Source: a virus
Reading direction: 5' to 3' (one strand)
DNA length: 64,000 nt
IMG/VR virus record: IMGVR_UViG_3300021335_000004
Positions 9,882 to 19,703 of the stretch are shown here, piece after piece (position 1 is the first letter of the stretch; each line of letters begins with the position of its first letter). A program made the translations under genes and the position numbers. The notes below the pieces were generated by a model. The model searched no databases. It was not told the DNA's origin and saw only the letters and a list, made by a program, of their open reading frames with translations.

Positions 9882-10576
9882 GAATAATTAGAACTAAAGC
9901 GCCTATTGATGTAGAGTACTTACAAGAATATTTTTCTTCTGAAGAAGAGATTATTTTTGATATAATGTATTACGACTCTGATATAAAAGGAAAAACACTA
10001 CTTAATTATGTATCTAATTTAGATATTAATTTTGAAATAAATCTATATAAAACCTCACAAGAAGAGAGGTATGATTTATTGAGTAACTATTTTACTACTA
10101 ATTTATTAGTAAATTGTAAACAACTTGAACTAGCTTTGACATATATCGTATTAAAATACAATAATCGTTCAGTCGATGACCTATACTCTTTTACGCTGTT
10201 AAAAGAAGAATATGTAGATAAATTTATTGAAGAACATAGAATACAGTTACTAAATACCACAGATTTTTTAGAATCATTACCAATTACAACACTGTCTTTT
10301 GTAGACTCTTTAAAAGATTTTGTTAATCAAGAATTAAAAAATTATGAAATAATAGATGATCCTGAAATTTTAGGTAAAAACGTAATTAATCTAATTAACA
10401 ATCCTTTTATCTTTAAAATATACGAAACTTCTGGTAGTAGAAAAAGATACTTTAAACACTACGCTGAAGAATATATCTATGACGAATCTAACTTATATGG
10501 TTGGATGGAAAAATATAATGTACCATTACTAGTTTTTGTTTCGGGGATTGCTTCTGGTGTTTTGCCTAGTAAATAA
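9878..10576 (+). CDS. Hypothetical protein in radical SAM operon
   Basis: ATG 9878 overlaps the TGA of the previous gene (ATGA); no recognised motif. Confidence 0.7.
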   Translation: MRIIRTKAPIDVEYLQEYFSSEEEIIFDIMYYDSDIKGKTLLNYVSNLDINFEINLYKTSQEERYDLLSNYFTTNLLVNCKQLELALTYIVLKYNNRSVDDLYSFTLLKEEYVDKFIEEHRIQLLNTTDFLESLPITTLSFVDSLKDFVNQELKNYEIIDDPEILGKNVINLINNPFIFKIYETSGSRKRYFKHYAEEYIYDESNLYGWMEKYNVPLLVFVSGIASGVLPSK

Positions 10577-11693
10577 AATATATTTAGATTATAATTTTTG
10601 TTATGATGCGGAAACACCTAAAATATTAGTAGGGTATAATGATCCTATACCTAATACTTGGAATTATTTTTCGGATGCTGATAAATTATTTGCTAGTAAT
10701 ACTTTAAAGAATATAAATAAAGATACTGAAATAGTAATTCTTGCTAAACAAAATGAGTATGTAAAAGTACTCACTACCTATTTAAAATCTATACTACCTA
10801 ACCACTCAGTCGAGTCTTTGTATCATTTCTATAAATTATTATTACAAAAACATATTTATCTTCATGGTAAATCATGTTTAGCACACGACAACGGCTCTGT
10901 AAATCTAAACTCGCCTTGGAACTCATTATCTTTATTAAATGTTGAAGAATTTAAAAATATATATAATCAATGTAATAAACATCATTTAGATGATTTTTAT
11001 ATAAAAGGTGCAGGAATAGAGTTACAATTAGTTAGTTATTTAGCTAATACTAAATATACACATAAAGACATTTTATATAGTAAATTATATACAATAATCG
11101 CTGATACTGTTTTAAACGAAATTACCTATTGGAAAATGAATGTCATGTGTCAGCTCTTTGAATTAGGAGATTTGATAGAAGGAATTGATTATGGGTCAAA
11201 ATTGTATGAATCTGCAACATATAAAGATTTAAACTTACCAGAAGAATATAGCTGGCTTATGGATGAAAAAATAAAAGCTTATCCAGAACTAGAGTATATG
11301 TTAAAAAACTATGATTTAAAAAATATCTTTAAACTTTATCGTAAATCAGTAATGAAATACGGGCATAATGGGTTTTTTGATAGTGAACAGCTAATGGAGC
11401 TTTTTGTAAGTGGAGATATTAGTTTAAGAAAAATAGTTGATATAGATATTAATACTATATATGCTGGGGGTAATATAGGAGAATATCAACACCAAGATAA
11501 AACTACACATTATTTATTGAGATACTTTTACTTATTATGTAAAGAAAAACGCTATGATAAGTTGTCTGAGTATTCTTTAGAAGAAAAAACTACAAAATTT
11601 AAACCTTTTATAAACTTAAAAAAGAGAAACACTAAAAAAGTAAAAGAATGGGCTCTAAAAGATCACCACAGTTTTAGAGAAGATTATGTATAA
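10536..11693 (+). CDS. Hypothetical protein in radical SAM operon (probable start GTG 10557)
   Basis: 385-aa ORF overlapping both neighbours. Confidence 0.7.
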   Translation: MFRGLLLVFCLVNKIYLDYNFCYDAETPKILVGYNDPIPNTWNYFSDADKLFASNTLKNINKDTEIVILAKQNEYVKVLTTYLKSILPNHSVESLYHFYKLLLQKHIYLHGKSCLAHDNGSVNLNSPWNSLSLLNVEEFKNIYNQCNKHHLDDFYIKGAGIELQLVSYLANTKYTHKDILYSKLYTIIADTVLNEITYWKMNVMCQLFELGDLIEGIDYGSKLYESATYKDLNLPEEYSWLMDEKIKAYPELEYMLKNYDLKNIFKLYRKSVMKYGHNGFFDSEQLMELFVSGDISLRKIVDIDINTIYAGGNIGEYQHQDKTTHYLLRYFYLLCKEKRYDKLSEYSLEEKTTKFKPFINLKKRNTKKVKEWALKDHHSFREDYV

Positions 11694-12675
11694 CACAGTT
11701 ATAGATAAAAAAGCATCTACTCTAGGAGAGGTTATTGTAACACTCTTTGAACACTGTAATCTTGCGTGTAGTTTTTGTTCTCAAAATCATAGTTCATTTA
11801 AGGGTGTGGAATCTATCCCAGAAAAATACTTTGCGATAAAAAGCGTCTACGAAGACTTACGCTCACAAAATAAAGAACAATTTTCATTTCATTTTATGGG
11901 CGGAGAGATTTTGAGTGATCAGATTTCAAATCAAATTTTGAATAAAATTGAAGATTTAATTCTTAGATGTCAGCAATCATTTGAAAACAGTGAATTTCTA
12001 ATAACCTCCAATATGGTATGGAGTAACAGAGATAGAGTAAAACAAATACTAGATAGATTGAATATCAAACTAGCAGTTAGTTACGACCCTGCAGGCCGCT
12101 TTAATACTAAGCAATTTGAACAGTTTATGGGTAATGTTAAATACTTCAAAGAGTATATCACTACGGTAAATATAATATTAACTGCTCCTAACATTTATAA
12201 ATTCTTATCTGATGAAATAATAGGTTTTGATTATCTGTACGAACATTTTAATGTATACTTTGACTATTATACTCCTGAAAAAAACGCTAGTATAAACTGT
12301 CCTACAGACGTAGAACTATTAAACATATTTAAGTATCTGTCTATTAATTATCCTAAAGTAGCACCAATAAACAAGTATTTATCTGGAGAAACTAAGAAAA
12401 ATTTAACTTGTCAAAGAACAAAAGTAATAGCTGCTGATGGAGAAATAGGTCACTGTAATTTACTAGTTGGAGGCAATTATAGAGCATTAGCCCATGATAG
12501 TAGAGATAAAATGGAAGCTAAATGGATAGAGGGCTTTAACTGCTTAATGTGTGACCATTTTAGTAGGTGTGGATTAGGTTGCTTTCAAGAAAACCATATT
12601 TTACCGGAAAAAAGTACTATGGAACATTGCTGGATTAAAGATTATTGGGAGTGGTTAGATGGAACTTATAATTAA
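11686..12675 (+). CDS. Radical SAM/SPASM-like enzyme 2
   Basis: CNLACSFC, FMGGE, C-terminal CQ...HC...CLMCDHFSRCGLGC...HC. Confidence 0.9.
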   Translation: MYNTVIDKKASTLGEVIVTLFEHCNLACSFCSQNHSSFKGVESIPEKYFAIKSVYEDLRSQNKEQFSFHFMGGEILSDQISNQILNKIEDLILRCQQSFENSEFLITSNMVWSNRDRVKQILDRLNIKLAVSYDPAGRFNTKQFEQFMGNVKYFKEYITTVNIILTAPNIYKFLSDEIIGFDYLYEHFNVYFDYYTPEKNASINCPTDVELLNIFKYLSINYPKVAPINKYLSGETKKNLTCQRTKVIAADGEIGHCNLLVGGNYRALAHDSRDKMEAKWIEGFNCLMCDHFSRCGLGCFQENHILPEKSTMEHCWIKDYWEWLDGTYN

Positions 12676-13732
12676 ACCAACAGAGCGTTGTAATTTTAAG
12701 TGTACTTTCTGTTCTAGTACAAAAATTGCAGATTCTAAATCTGTTGAATTGGAACACGAAAAAATATTTACTTTTTTAAAAAGGTTTCCACACACTAATA
12801 CTATTATTGTGAATGGTGGGGATCCTTTGATGATGAAACCTAGTTATTATTGGAAAATAATTAAATATTTAGAAGATAATAATTTGGATACTACAATATC
12901 TTTGACTACTAACTTGTGGCCTTTTTACACTAAACCATCTAAATGGTTATCTCTTTTTCAGCATCCTAGAGTAGGAGTTTGTACTTCTTTTCAATATGGA
13001 GGAGGTAGATTAAAAGGAGATTTTACAGAATTTAGTGAAAAAGATTTTTGGAAAGTATCTGATAAAATGTTAGATCTTGTAGGTTATAGACCTGATTTTA
13101 TTTCTGTAATCACAAAAGAAAATGAAGACAGAGCAATAGATAACGTACTCTTAGCTAAAGAAATGGGAGTAGTGTGTAAACTAAATTATGCTGTCGCAAG
13201 CGGTCCAGAAATTAAATTTCTTAATGGAATTAAAATGGGATTAGAAAACTATACTTATCTTTTAGCAGATATATATGAAATCTATCTTAAAATATATAAA
13301 CAAGGATTAGCCGATTGGGAGTATAATACTACTCAGTTATTAAAAAGATTTTCTTCTAATACTACTTGTCCACAAAACCGAAATTGTGATTCAAATATCA
13401 GAAACTTAAATCCAGGAGGTGACTATTATTCTTGTGGAGCTTTTGGAGATGATAAAGAATATGAAATAGATTTTGATAAAGAAATGAATCAGAGGAAAAT
13501 AGAAACTCCTCTACAAAACTCTATTGAATTATTATCACTAAAGCAAGCGTGTTTTACTTGTCCTATGTTTAAAATTTGCAATGGTTGTAAAAAAACTATC
13601 AGCGATATAAAAAGACTAAACTTAGTAGAGACGCACTGTAAAAAAATGAAGAAACTAGCACCTGAAATAATAGAAATATGTAACCTAGAAGATAAACTAA
13701 CGGAGTATATAGATGAATCAGTATACGCATAG
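12659..13732 (+). CDS. Radical SAM/SPASM enzyme 3
   Basis: CNFKCTFC, NGGDP, CPQNRNC...YSC...CFTCPMFKICNGC...HC. Confidence 0.92.
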   Translation: MELIIKPTERCNFKCTFCSSTKIADSKSVELEHEKIFTFLKRFPHTNTIIVNGGDPLMMKPSYYWKIIKYLEDNNLDTTISLTTNLWPFYTKPSKWLSLFQHPRVGVCTSFQYGGGRLKGDFTEFSEKDFWKVSDKMLDLVGYRPDFISVITKENEDRAIDNVLLAKEMGVVCKLNYAVASGPEIKFLNGIKMGLENYTYLLADIYEIYLKIYKQGLADWEYNTTQLLKRFSSNTTCPQNRNCDSNIRNLNPGGDYYSCGAFGDDKEYEIDFDKEMNQRKIETPLQNSIELLSLKQACFTCPMFKICNGCKKTISDIKRLNLVETHCKKMKKLAPEIIEICNLEDKLTEYIDESVYA

Positions 13733-14510
13733 AAAACTATGGCCTACACCTGTTCTACTAGGAACAGTAGATAAACAATTAGCCAAGGATTTATTTAATT
13801 ATATACTGAGCAAGTACCATAATCCTGATGAAAAAACAGAAGTATTTAACCTGTTTTCTATCGGTGAACCTCTTTTGGATAATTTATACAAAAATTATAT
13901 TGTTCCTGCTACAAAAGAATATATTAAAAATAATTTATTTCAGTCTAACCATTATGAAATAAAATCCTATGCTTGGGCCCATGTATTACCACAAGGACAA
14001 AATGTGGGTATTCATAATCATCCTAACAATCATATAAGTGGCACTATATGGTTAAGCGATCATGATAGTCATCTTTTAATGGTTGATCCAAAAGGTAATT
14101 CTAACATGATGGATTTTGGATATCTAGATTTAGAAATGCTAACTAAAAAAGGTATGACTGTTGGAAATGATGAAATAAGACATAATCATACTTCTAGATA
14201 TAATGAGTATGGTAGACAGATGAATAATAGTACTCTAGATTTTTCTGGATTATTTGGTGACTATGTTGATACATTTGATAAACCAACTCATTCTGTAAAC
14301 CCAACCAACATCACTATTAAACCAGAACTTGGTAAATTTATACTATTTCCCTCATGGGTTTGGCACGAAGTAGAACCTAATCAATCTAAACTGCCTAGGA
14401 TAAGTATATCTTGGGATACTAGAATTACTCCAAAGATAAAAAAAGAGCACAATATTCATTATGAACAAGACATTAGAGTATTAGGAGATGTTCTTGATGT
14501 ACAAAGTTGA
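13713..14510 (+). CDS. 2OG-Fe(II) oxygenase (phage TIGR02466-like)
   Basis: HNHPNNHISG...FPSWVWHEV...RISISW. Confidence 0.82.
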   Translation: MNQYTHRKLWPTPVLLGTVDKQLAKDLFNYILSKYHNPDEKTEVFNLFSIGEPLLDNLYKNYIVPATKEYIKNNLFQSNHYEIKSYAWAHVLPQGQNVGIHNHPNNHISGTIWLSDHDSHLLMVDPKGNSNMMDFGYLDLEMLTKKGMTVGNDEIRHNHTSRYNEYGRQMNNSTLDFSGLFGDYVDTFDKPTHSVNPTNITIKPELGKFILFPSWVWHEVEPNQSKLPRISISWDTRITPKIKKEHNIHYEQDIRVLGDVLDVQS

Positions 14511-14913
14511 AAAAGGTGAACTACACCACTTACCAATACTAATAGCTTTATCCTATAATATGACAGAAGAAGAACGTGATGAAAAAGATGATTTTATCGA
14601 GTTAATAAAAGAACAAAGAGTACATCTACTATATTTAAAAGATAAACCTATTGGATATTATACAGTAGTATCTATTGAGAGAGGAGAGTATCTTGAAACT
14701 ATCTTAATAGATAAAAAGTATCAAGGTAAGGGTGCTATTAATAAATTAGGCGAATATGCAGTAAAGTCAAAAAATGGAAAGCCTCTTTGGGGGTTGAGCC
14801 GTCACAGAAGAGTAGATATGTTATTAAAAAAATTTGGATTTGAACCAAAAGAGTATGAAATTATTAAAGGAGTTAGTTATAGATGGTGGATAAACCGTTT
14901 TCAGTCTCAATAA
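14488..14913 (+). CDS. GNAT family acetyltransferase
   Basis: IDKKYQGKG motif A; KKFGF near the C-terminus. Confidence 0.7.
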   Translation: MFLMYKVEKGELHHLPILIALSYNMTEEERDEKDDFIELIKEQRVHLLYLKDKPIGYYTVVSIERGEYLETILIDKKYQGKGAINKLGEYAVKSKNGKPLWGLSRHRRVDMLLKKFGFEPKEYEIIKGVSYRWWINRFQSQ

Positions 14914-15797
14914 ATCCTAGTTACTTTTGTAATTTTAGGTGTAATTTTTGTTATTTAACTCCTGAACAACTTGGAGATCAGAAAAAAATTGACCCTAAAA
15001 AATTAGATAAGTTGTTATCAAACATACCTAAAATAGATCATATAGACTTATATGGAGGAGAAATTGGAGCGCTCAAGAAAGACTATTACTATGAAATCAA
15101 GTCTGTTATACGTAAACACTATAATGATTACATCAATATTAATACTAATTTTTCTATGCTTGACGACAGATTCTTCGAGGATGATATCACTCTTTCCGTC
15201 TCATATGATTTTTCCGCAAGAGAAAAATCAAAGTTAGTATTTCAAAATATGCTGATGAGTCCAAAACCTATTTCCGTATTAATTCTTGCTTCTGAAGAAG
15301 TATTAAAATTAGATATTAATTCTATGATAAAACAATTAAATATGTGTAAATCAATTATATCTGTAGAAATAAAACCTTATAGTACTAATCAAGCTAATAA
15401 ACACGTTGTTACCCATAAAGATTTTGAAAACTTTGTTATCAAATGGATTGAGAGTCCAGTAAAAAAACGCTTTGAATTTCAAAACCTAAACAGAATAAAG
15501 AGAAGTGTAAGAAAAGAATATAATGCTTTTTCTGACGACCACATCTACATTACTCCAAATGGTAAATATGCTGTATTAGCTTTTGACAAAGAAGATAGTG
15601 AGTATTTTTTAGAATTTACTAACTACTCTAGTTTTGAACAATGGGCTTGGACAGAAAAGAAAACTCTTTCTACTATCTGTAGCGGTTGTTATTGGAAAGG
15701 ACATTGTTTAACTGAACATTATAGACATGTAAAAGATTTAAGAAATAGTTGTAATGGTTATATAAATTTATTAAGTAGATATAGTAATGCGTTTTAG
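14883..15797 (+). CDS. Radical SAM enzyme 4 (reduced auxiliary domain)
   Basis: CNFRCNFC, LYGGE, C-terminal CSGCYWKGHCLTEH...C. Confidence 0.9.
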   Translation: MVDKPFSVSINPSYFCNFRCNFCYLTPEQLGDQKKIDPKKLDKLLSNIPKIDHIDLYGGEIGALKKDYYYEIKSVIRKHYNDYININTNFSMLDDRFFEDDITLSVSYDFSAREKSKLVFQNMLMSPKPISVLILASEEVLKLDINSMIKQLNMCKSIISVEIKPYSTNQANKHVVTHKDFENFVIKWIESPVKKRFEFQNLNRIKRSVRKEYNAFSDDHIYITPNGKYAVLAFDKEDSEYFLEFTNYSSFEQWAWTEKKTLSTICSGCYWKGHCLTEHYRHVKDLRNSCNGYINLLSRYSNAF

Positions 15798-16443
15798 TTT
15801 TTCAGATCATAGCGATAACTTTGATGAGCATATTAATAAAAGTATTATTTCGTATAATAACTTAGTAGATATGATTATTACTGTATCTGGATTTTTTATA
15901 CAAGATAATACAACAGTATATGATTTAGGATGTTCTACTGGTAAAATTTTAAGGAAAATAAAAAAAGCGTCACACGCTAATAATGTTTCGTATATCGGAA
16001 TAGATAATGAAACAGCTTTTTCCCCATACTGGAAAGAAAAAGACATAGAGTTTAAAATTGAAGATGTGAGAAAACTAAAGTTTGATAGTGATGTTTCTTT
16101 AGCTATCTCTACCTTCACTCTTCAATTTTTACCTACTATTGATAGAGTAAAATTATTAAAAAACATATATGATTCTTTAATACCAAACGGAGCATTAATA
16201 CTTTGTGAAAAAACATATTCTAATGATTCTATGTTACAAGAAGTATTTACTTTTGCTAACTATGATTATAAAGCTAAATTTTTTAGATACGATGATATAA
16301 TGTTTAAAGAAAAGGAGTTAAGAGCCTCTATGAATATTAGATCTTGGGACGCTATTTTACAAGAAGTAGAAAAAATAGGATTTAAAAAGTATGAAGTATT
16401 CTGGAAGGCGTATAATTTTGTAGGAGTCATATTGGTAAAATGA
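15787..16443 (+). CDS. CmoA-like class I SAM-dependent methyltransferase
   Basis: FDEHINKSI..Y, VYDLGCSTG and FTLQFL match CmoA-family motifs. Confidence 0.75.
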   Translation: MRFSFSDHSDNFDEHINKSIISYNNLVDMIITVSGFFIQDNTTVYDLGCSTGKILRKIKKASHANNVSYIGIDNETAFSPYWKEKDIEFKIEDVRKLKFDSDVSLAISTFTLQFLPTIDRVKLLKNIYDSLIPNGALILCEKTYSNDSMLQEVFTFANYDYKAKFFRYDDIMFKEKELRASMNIRSWDAILQEVEKIGFKKYEVFWKAYNFVGVILVK

Positions 16444-16952
16444 TTACTTATAAACAAGTAATAAAAAAAGGTTTTGCTTTTGAGAGTATTATAATACCTA
16501 AAAATATAAAAACAGAACTAAAAGCATTAACTTTTTATCCAAATGAGGACAAAGATTTAGGGAAAGAAGTAGGATGGTCTACACTAGGTATGCCTACTAA
16601 TCTTAATGAGTTCTTTATCGAACAATTATATGCAAAAGTAGACCCATACTTACAGAAACTTTTAGATAAGCTAGAAACTTTTGAAGCGTATAAAACAGAT
16701 AAAAATGAGTATGTAGAATTACATACAGATAATGCTTTTGGTGGGTTAGTTCAAATTATGATTTACTATATTGAAAAAGATATGAAAGGTAGGGACTTTT
16801 TATATGGAACAAAAAATGATATTAAAAAAATAACTCCCTACACAGGATTAGTAATTATATGTGATCAAATAAATAAAGAATGGTTGCACGGAACAACTCC
16901 TTTATTGAGTGACACTTTTAATTTATGTATTACAGGAATCACACCTAGATGA
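16440..16952 (+). CDS. 2OG-Fe(II) oxygenase-like protein
   Basis: LHTD...WLHG facial triad in a DSBH-like pattern. Confidence 0.6.
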   Translation: MITYKQVIKKGFAFESIIIPKNIKTELKALTFYPNEDKDLGKEVGWSTLGMPTNLNEFFIEQLYAKVDPYLQKLLDKLETFEAYKTDKNEYVELHTDNAFGGLVQIMIYYIEKDMKGRDFLYGTKNDIKKITPYTGLVIICDQINKEWLHGTTPLLSDTFNLCITGITPR

Positions 16953-17632
16953 ATAAAAAAGAATTTTACAGAAAAGAACATTATGAAAAAAAGAACTGGC
17001 TTCATAAAAACGGAAGAGTTAATGCCACGGTTGCAGGTAATAACTGGGTTGGTGTATCTGTCTCTCCTTATATGAAAGATTTTAAATATCAAGTAGATCC
17101 TGGTATTTGGCCTCTAGTAGAAATACTTAATAAAAAAGGGTATTTAACTTGTTCTTCTTGCGAAGGGCATGATTGGATGGAAGAATCATTTGTTGTTGTT
17201 TGCTTTGGTTCTAAAGAATCGAGAGATGCTTTTGCTGAACAAGTTGTTAAAGCAAAGCTGCCGCAGTATAGAATTTTTTATCAAGAATCACAGACTAACA
17301 TTAACCTATACGATCCTTTTAATGATTATCATGAAATAATGGATGACCCAACTATGGATGAAACTCAAAACTGGTTTAAGATTGAAGATAAATTATACTT
17401 CACAAAAATAGAAGAAGAGATACCAGAAGAAATTATTGAAAAAGAAACAGAAAATTGGAATTACTGTTTTGGTAGAAAGTATAAAAGATGGTACTATTGC
17501 AGACTACTAATAGGAGGAGCTGTGTTGAACGGTAAAAACCCAGTAAGCATAGTAGTTCATTGGACTCGATATTTCTGGATTAATAGGCTAGCAAAGTTTA
17601 TAAAAGAAAACGTGGAGCAAGGATATGACTGA
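16949..17632 (+). CDS. TYW3-like-fold protein
   Basis: VDPGIWPLVEILNKKGYLTCSSCEGH resembles the TYW3 N-terminal D..I..L...N....T.SSC.G motif. Confidence 0.5.
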   Translation: MNKKEFYRKEHYEKKNWLHKNGRVNATVAGNNWVGVSVSPYMKDFKYQVDPGIWPLVEILNKKGYLTCSSCEGHDWMEESFVVVCFGSKESRDAFAEQVVKAKLPQYRIFYQESQTNINLYDPFNDYHEIMDDPTMDETQNWFKIEDKLYFTKIEEEIPEEIIEKETENWNYCFGRKYKRWYYCRLLIGGAVLNGKNPVSIVVHWTRYFWINRLAKFIKENVEQGYD

Positions 17633-18269
17633 TAAGTTTGTAGAAATTCAATATGACTCTGACAATATCGTTGAATATGTGTATAAAAGCAATTCAAATG
17701 AAAAAGATATACTAGAACTAAAAAATAAATTGTTTATAAATTTTAGTGAAGAAATAACTAAAGATTTAACTTTTTCTCACGATATGATTAGTTATCATCC
17801 AAAAAATAATACTACATATAAAGAAGATTCAATAATTATAGTATTCAGTGAAAAATGTCCTTATTACTTAAGAGAAGAGTTTAACATTCCTTTTTTTAAT
17901 TCATTAGATTTTTATGCAATAAAATATTATTTAACTAGTAAAAAAAGAATACTAAAAACTTACGATGCCGATATGTATAAATATGAAATACCTCAACTTC
18001 CCCATATGTCTGCTATAGGTAATCAATTTGGGGTTGGAAGAACACACGCATTAGACAAAGAATATAGAGATGTATACTTTTTTAACTCAAATGATATGAT
18101 GGTTAATTATTTTTATGGAGACTTAGTTCCTAAAATTGGTGAACCATATAAAAATCCCGCAACTAAATGTTACGGGATTACTTATGAAGAAGGAGAAAAA
18201 GATATTCTTAAAGTAAAAAGATATTTATTTCCCTTTCATTTAGAAATGACAGATTTATCTTGTTTATAA
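17625..18269 (+). CDS. Hypothetical protein, last gene of the operon
   Basis: 214-aa ORF; overlaps the end of convergent thyX by 6 bp (TTATAA). Confidence 0.65.
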   Translation: MTDKFVEIQYDSDNIVEYVYKSNSNEKDILELKNKLFINFSEEITKDLTFSHDMISYHPKNNTTYKEDSIIIVFSEKCPYYLREEFNIPFFNSLDFYAIKYYLTSKKRILKTYDADMYKYEIPQLPHMSAIGNQFGVGRTHALDKEYRDVYFFNSNDMMVNYFYGDLVPKIGEPYKNPATKCYGITYEEGEKDILKVKRYLFPFHLEMTDLSCL

Positions 18270-18920
18270 AAATTCAGCTAGAGGAAACACTTCTACAATA
18301 ACTTTAGAACAAGCATGTGCAATTTCCATATGTTCTTTTTGTGTACCATTTGCACCACGTAAATCAATATAATGAATCCAACTACGAAGCGTACCATTCA
18401 TATACAAACGTGTTTTAGTAAGACCTTCAGGTAATACAACACGGGCTTGTTCTTTAGCTATACCGTTTTCAATAGCCCACTGATAAGCTTTATTAGCTGC
18501 TACGATAACATGATCTTGTTGGATTAACCACTGATTCTTTAAAGTTTCATCATCTGTTTCTATTGAATTTTGTCTGTTTTTACTATCTTGAAGTCTGGCT
18601 TCACGTCTTACAAACTGCTCTCCCATTTCTTTAGGCTCTGCATAACGCTGTGAAAATTCTTGAAAAGAAAAAGAGCGGTGACGCACAATTTGATGAGCAA
18701 TATCACGAGTAGTATTAATTTCTAAACACACATTTACCATTTCAAGGGGCGACCAGTGTTGATTATTAATTAAATATTTAATTAATTTAGAACTAGTCTC
18801 ACTATTCATTTGATTATTAGGATTACTTACTCTAGCACAATATGCTACTAATTCTTGCATATCTTCGCCCACATATAAGTCTTTTGGAGGTTGACTATAA
18901 CTAATTAGTCTTACATTCAT
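18264..18920 (-). CDS. thyX: Flavin-dependent thymidylate synthase
   Basis: HWSPLE and RHRSFSFQEFSQRY ThyX signature. Confidence 0.95.
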   Translation of the reverse strand: MNVRLISYSQPPKDLYVGEDMQELVAYCARVSNPNNQMNSETSSKLIKYLINNQHWSPLEMVNVCLEINTTRDIAHQIVRHRSFSFQEFSQRYAEPKEMGEQFVRREARLQDSKNRQNSIETDDETLKNQWLIQQDHVIVAANKAYQWAIENGIAKEQARVVLPEGLTKTRLYMNGTLRSWIHYIDLRGANGTQKEHMEIAHACSKVIVEVFPLAEFL

Positions 18921-19243
18921 TACCTATTCTCCTTATCTAATACATCGTGATTATGCAACGCTAATATACCATAATGAATAATTTTTAATAAATCCGCTCT
19001 ATTTTTACCTGCCTTTTTACCATAACGTTGAGAGTATTTCATAACATTACCTAGAGTAAAGCCTTCTCCCATACCAGAATCAATAATAAATTCTGTAGCT
19101 TGAAAATTATTCATCGAATAGTGTTGATTATACGTATTGTCAATATAATCACTAATCTCTTCTAATAAAGCGGGTTCATTATATTTATAATTTATTTTCA
19201 CGATAATCTCATTTTTAATTGGGCTGGTTTTGGATAACCCCAA
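18920..19243 (-). CDS. DUF3310-like phage protein
   Basis: HY...GEGFTLGNVMKY..R.GKK...DLLK..HY pattern. Confidence 0.6.
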   Translation of the reverse strand: MGLSKTSPIKNEIIVKINYKYNEPALLEEISDYIDNTYNQHYSMNNFQATEFIIDSGMGEGFTLGNVMKYSQRYGKKAGKNRADLLKIIHYGILALHNHDVLDKENR

Positions 19244-19464
19244 TAATCATTAGTACGAATACGGATCGTACGTTTATTAGTCTCTTCTTTATTAGGATTA
19301 TTAACTGTAATCCAAGGATTTAATCCTTTAGACCAGCTTTTTATTAGGTTTTCCATCTTCCATTCCAAAGAACGAGCATTTTTTATAGCTAAAGTTGTTT
19401 TTCTAGCTGTTGACTTACGCTCACCTTTTGACACTTGATGCGCTCTTGATTTTTTCTTAGCCAT
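19198..19464 (-). CDS. Small basic phage protein
   Basis: AAGGAG RBS; upstream promoter TTGCTT-N17-TATAAT at 19519-19491. Confidence 0.6.
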   Translation of the reverse strand: MAKKKSRAHQVSKGERKSTARKTTLAIKNARSLEWKMENLIKSWSKGLNPWITVNNPNKEETNKRTIRIRTNDYWGYPKPAQLKMRLS

Positions 19465-19508
19465 TTGGTTCTCCTTTTAGTTTATAAGAAATTATAACAA
19501 ATCAAAGA

Positions 19509-19703
19509 CTAAGAAGCAAGATGATTATTACTTTTATTAAATACAGAACGATAAGGAATATTATAAAGCTGTGATCGTTGTTCAAATAAGTTAGAACACA
19601 TTTCACAATTTAAAATATTTGTAGGGAAGAATGACCCCTTCCCTACAATAGTATTTTGATTGGTGCCGCAATGCGGGCATTTAACTAGAGCTACGTAATA
19701 CAT
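19509..19703 (-). CDS. Small zinc-ribbon protein
   Basis: CPHC...CEMC. Confidence 0.45.
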   Translation of the reverse strand: MYYVALVKCPHCGTNQNTIVGKGSFFPTNILNCEMCSNLFEQRSQLYNIPYRSVFNKSNNHLAS

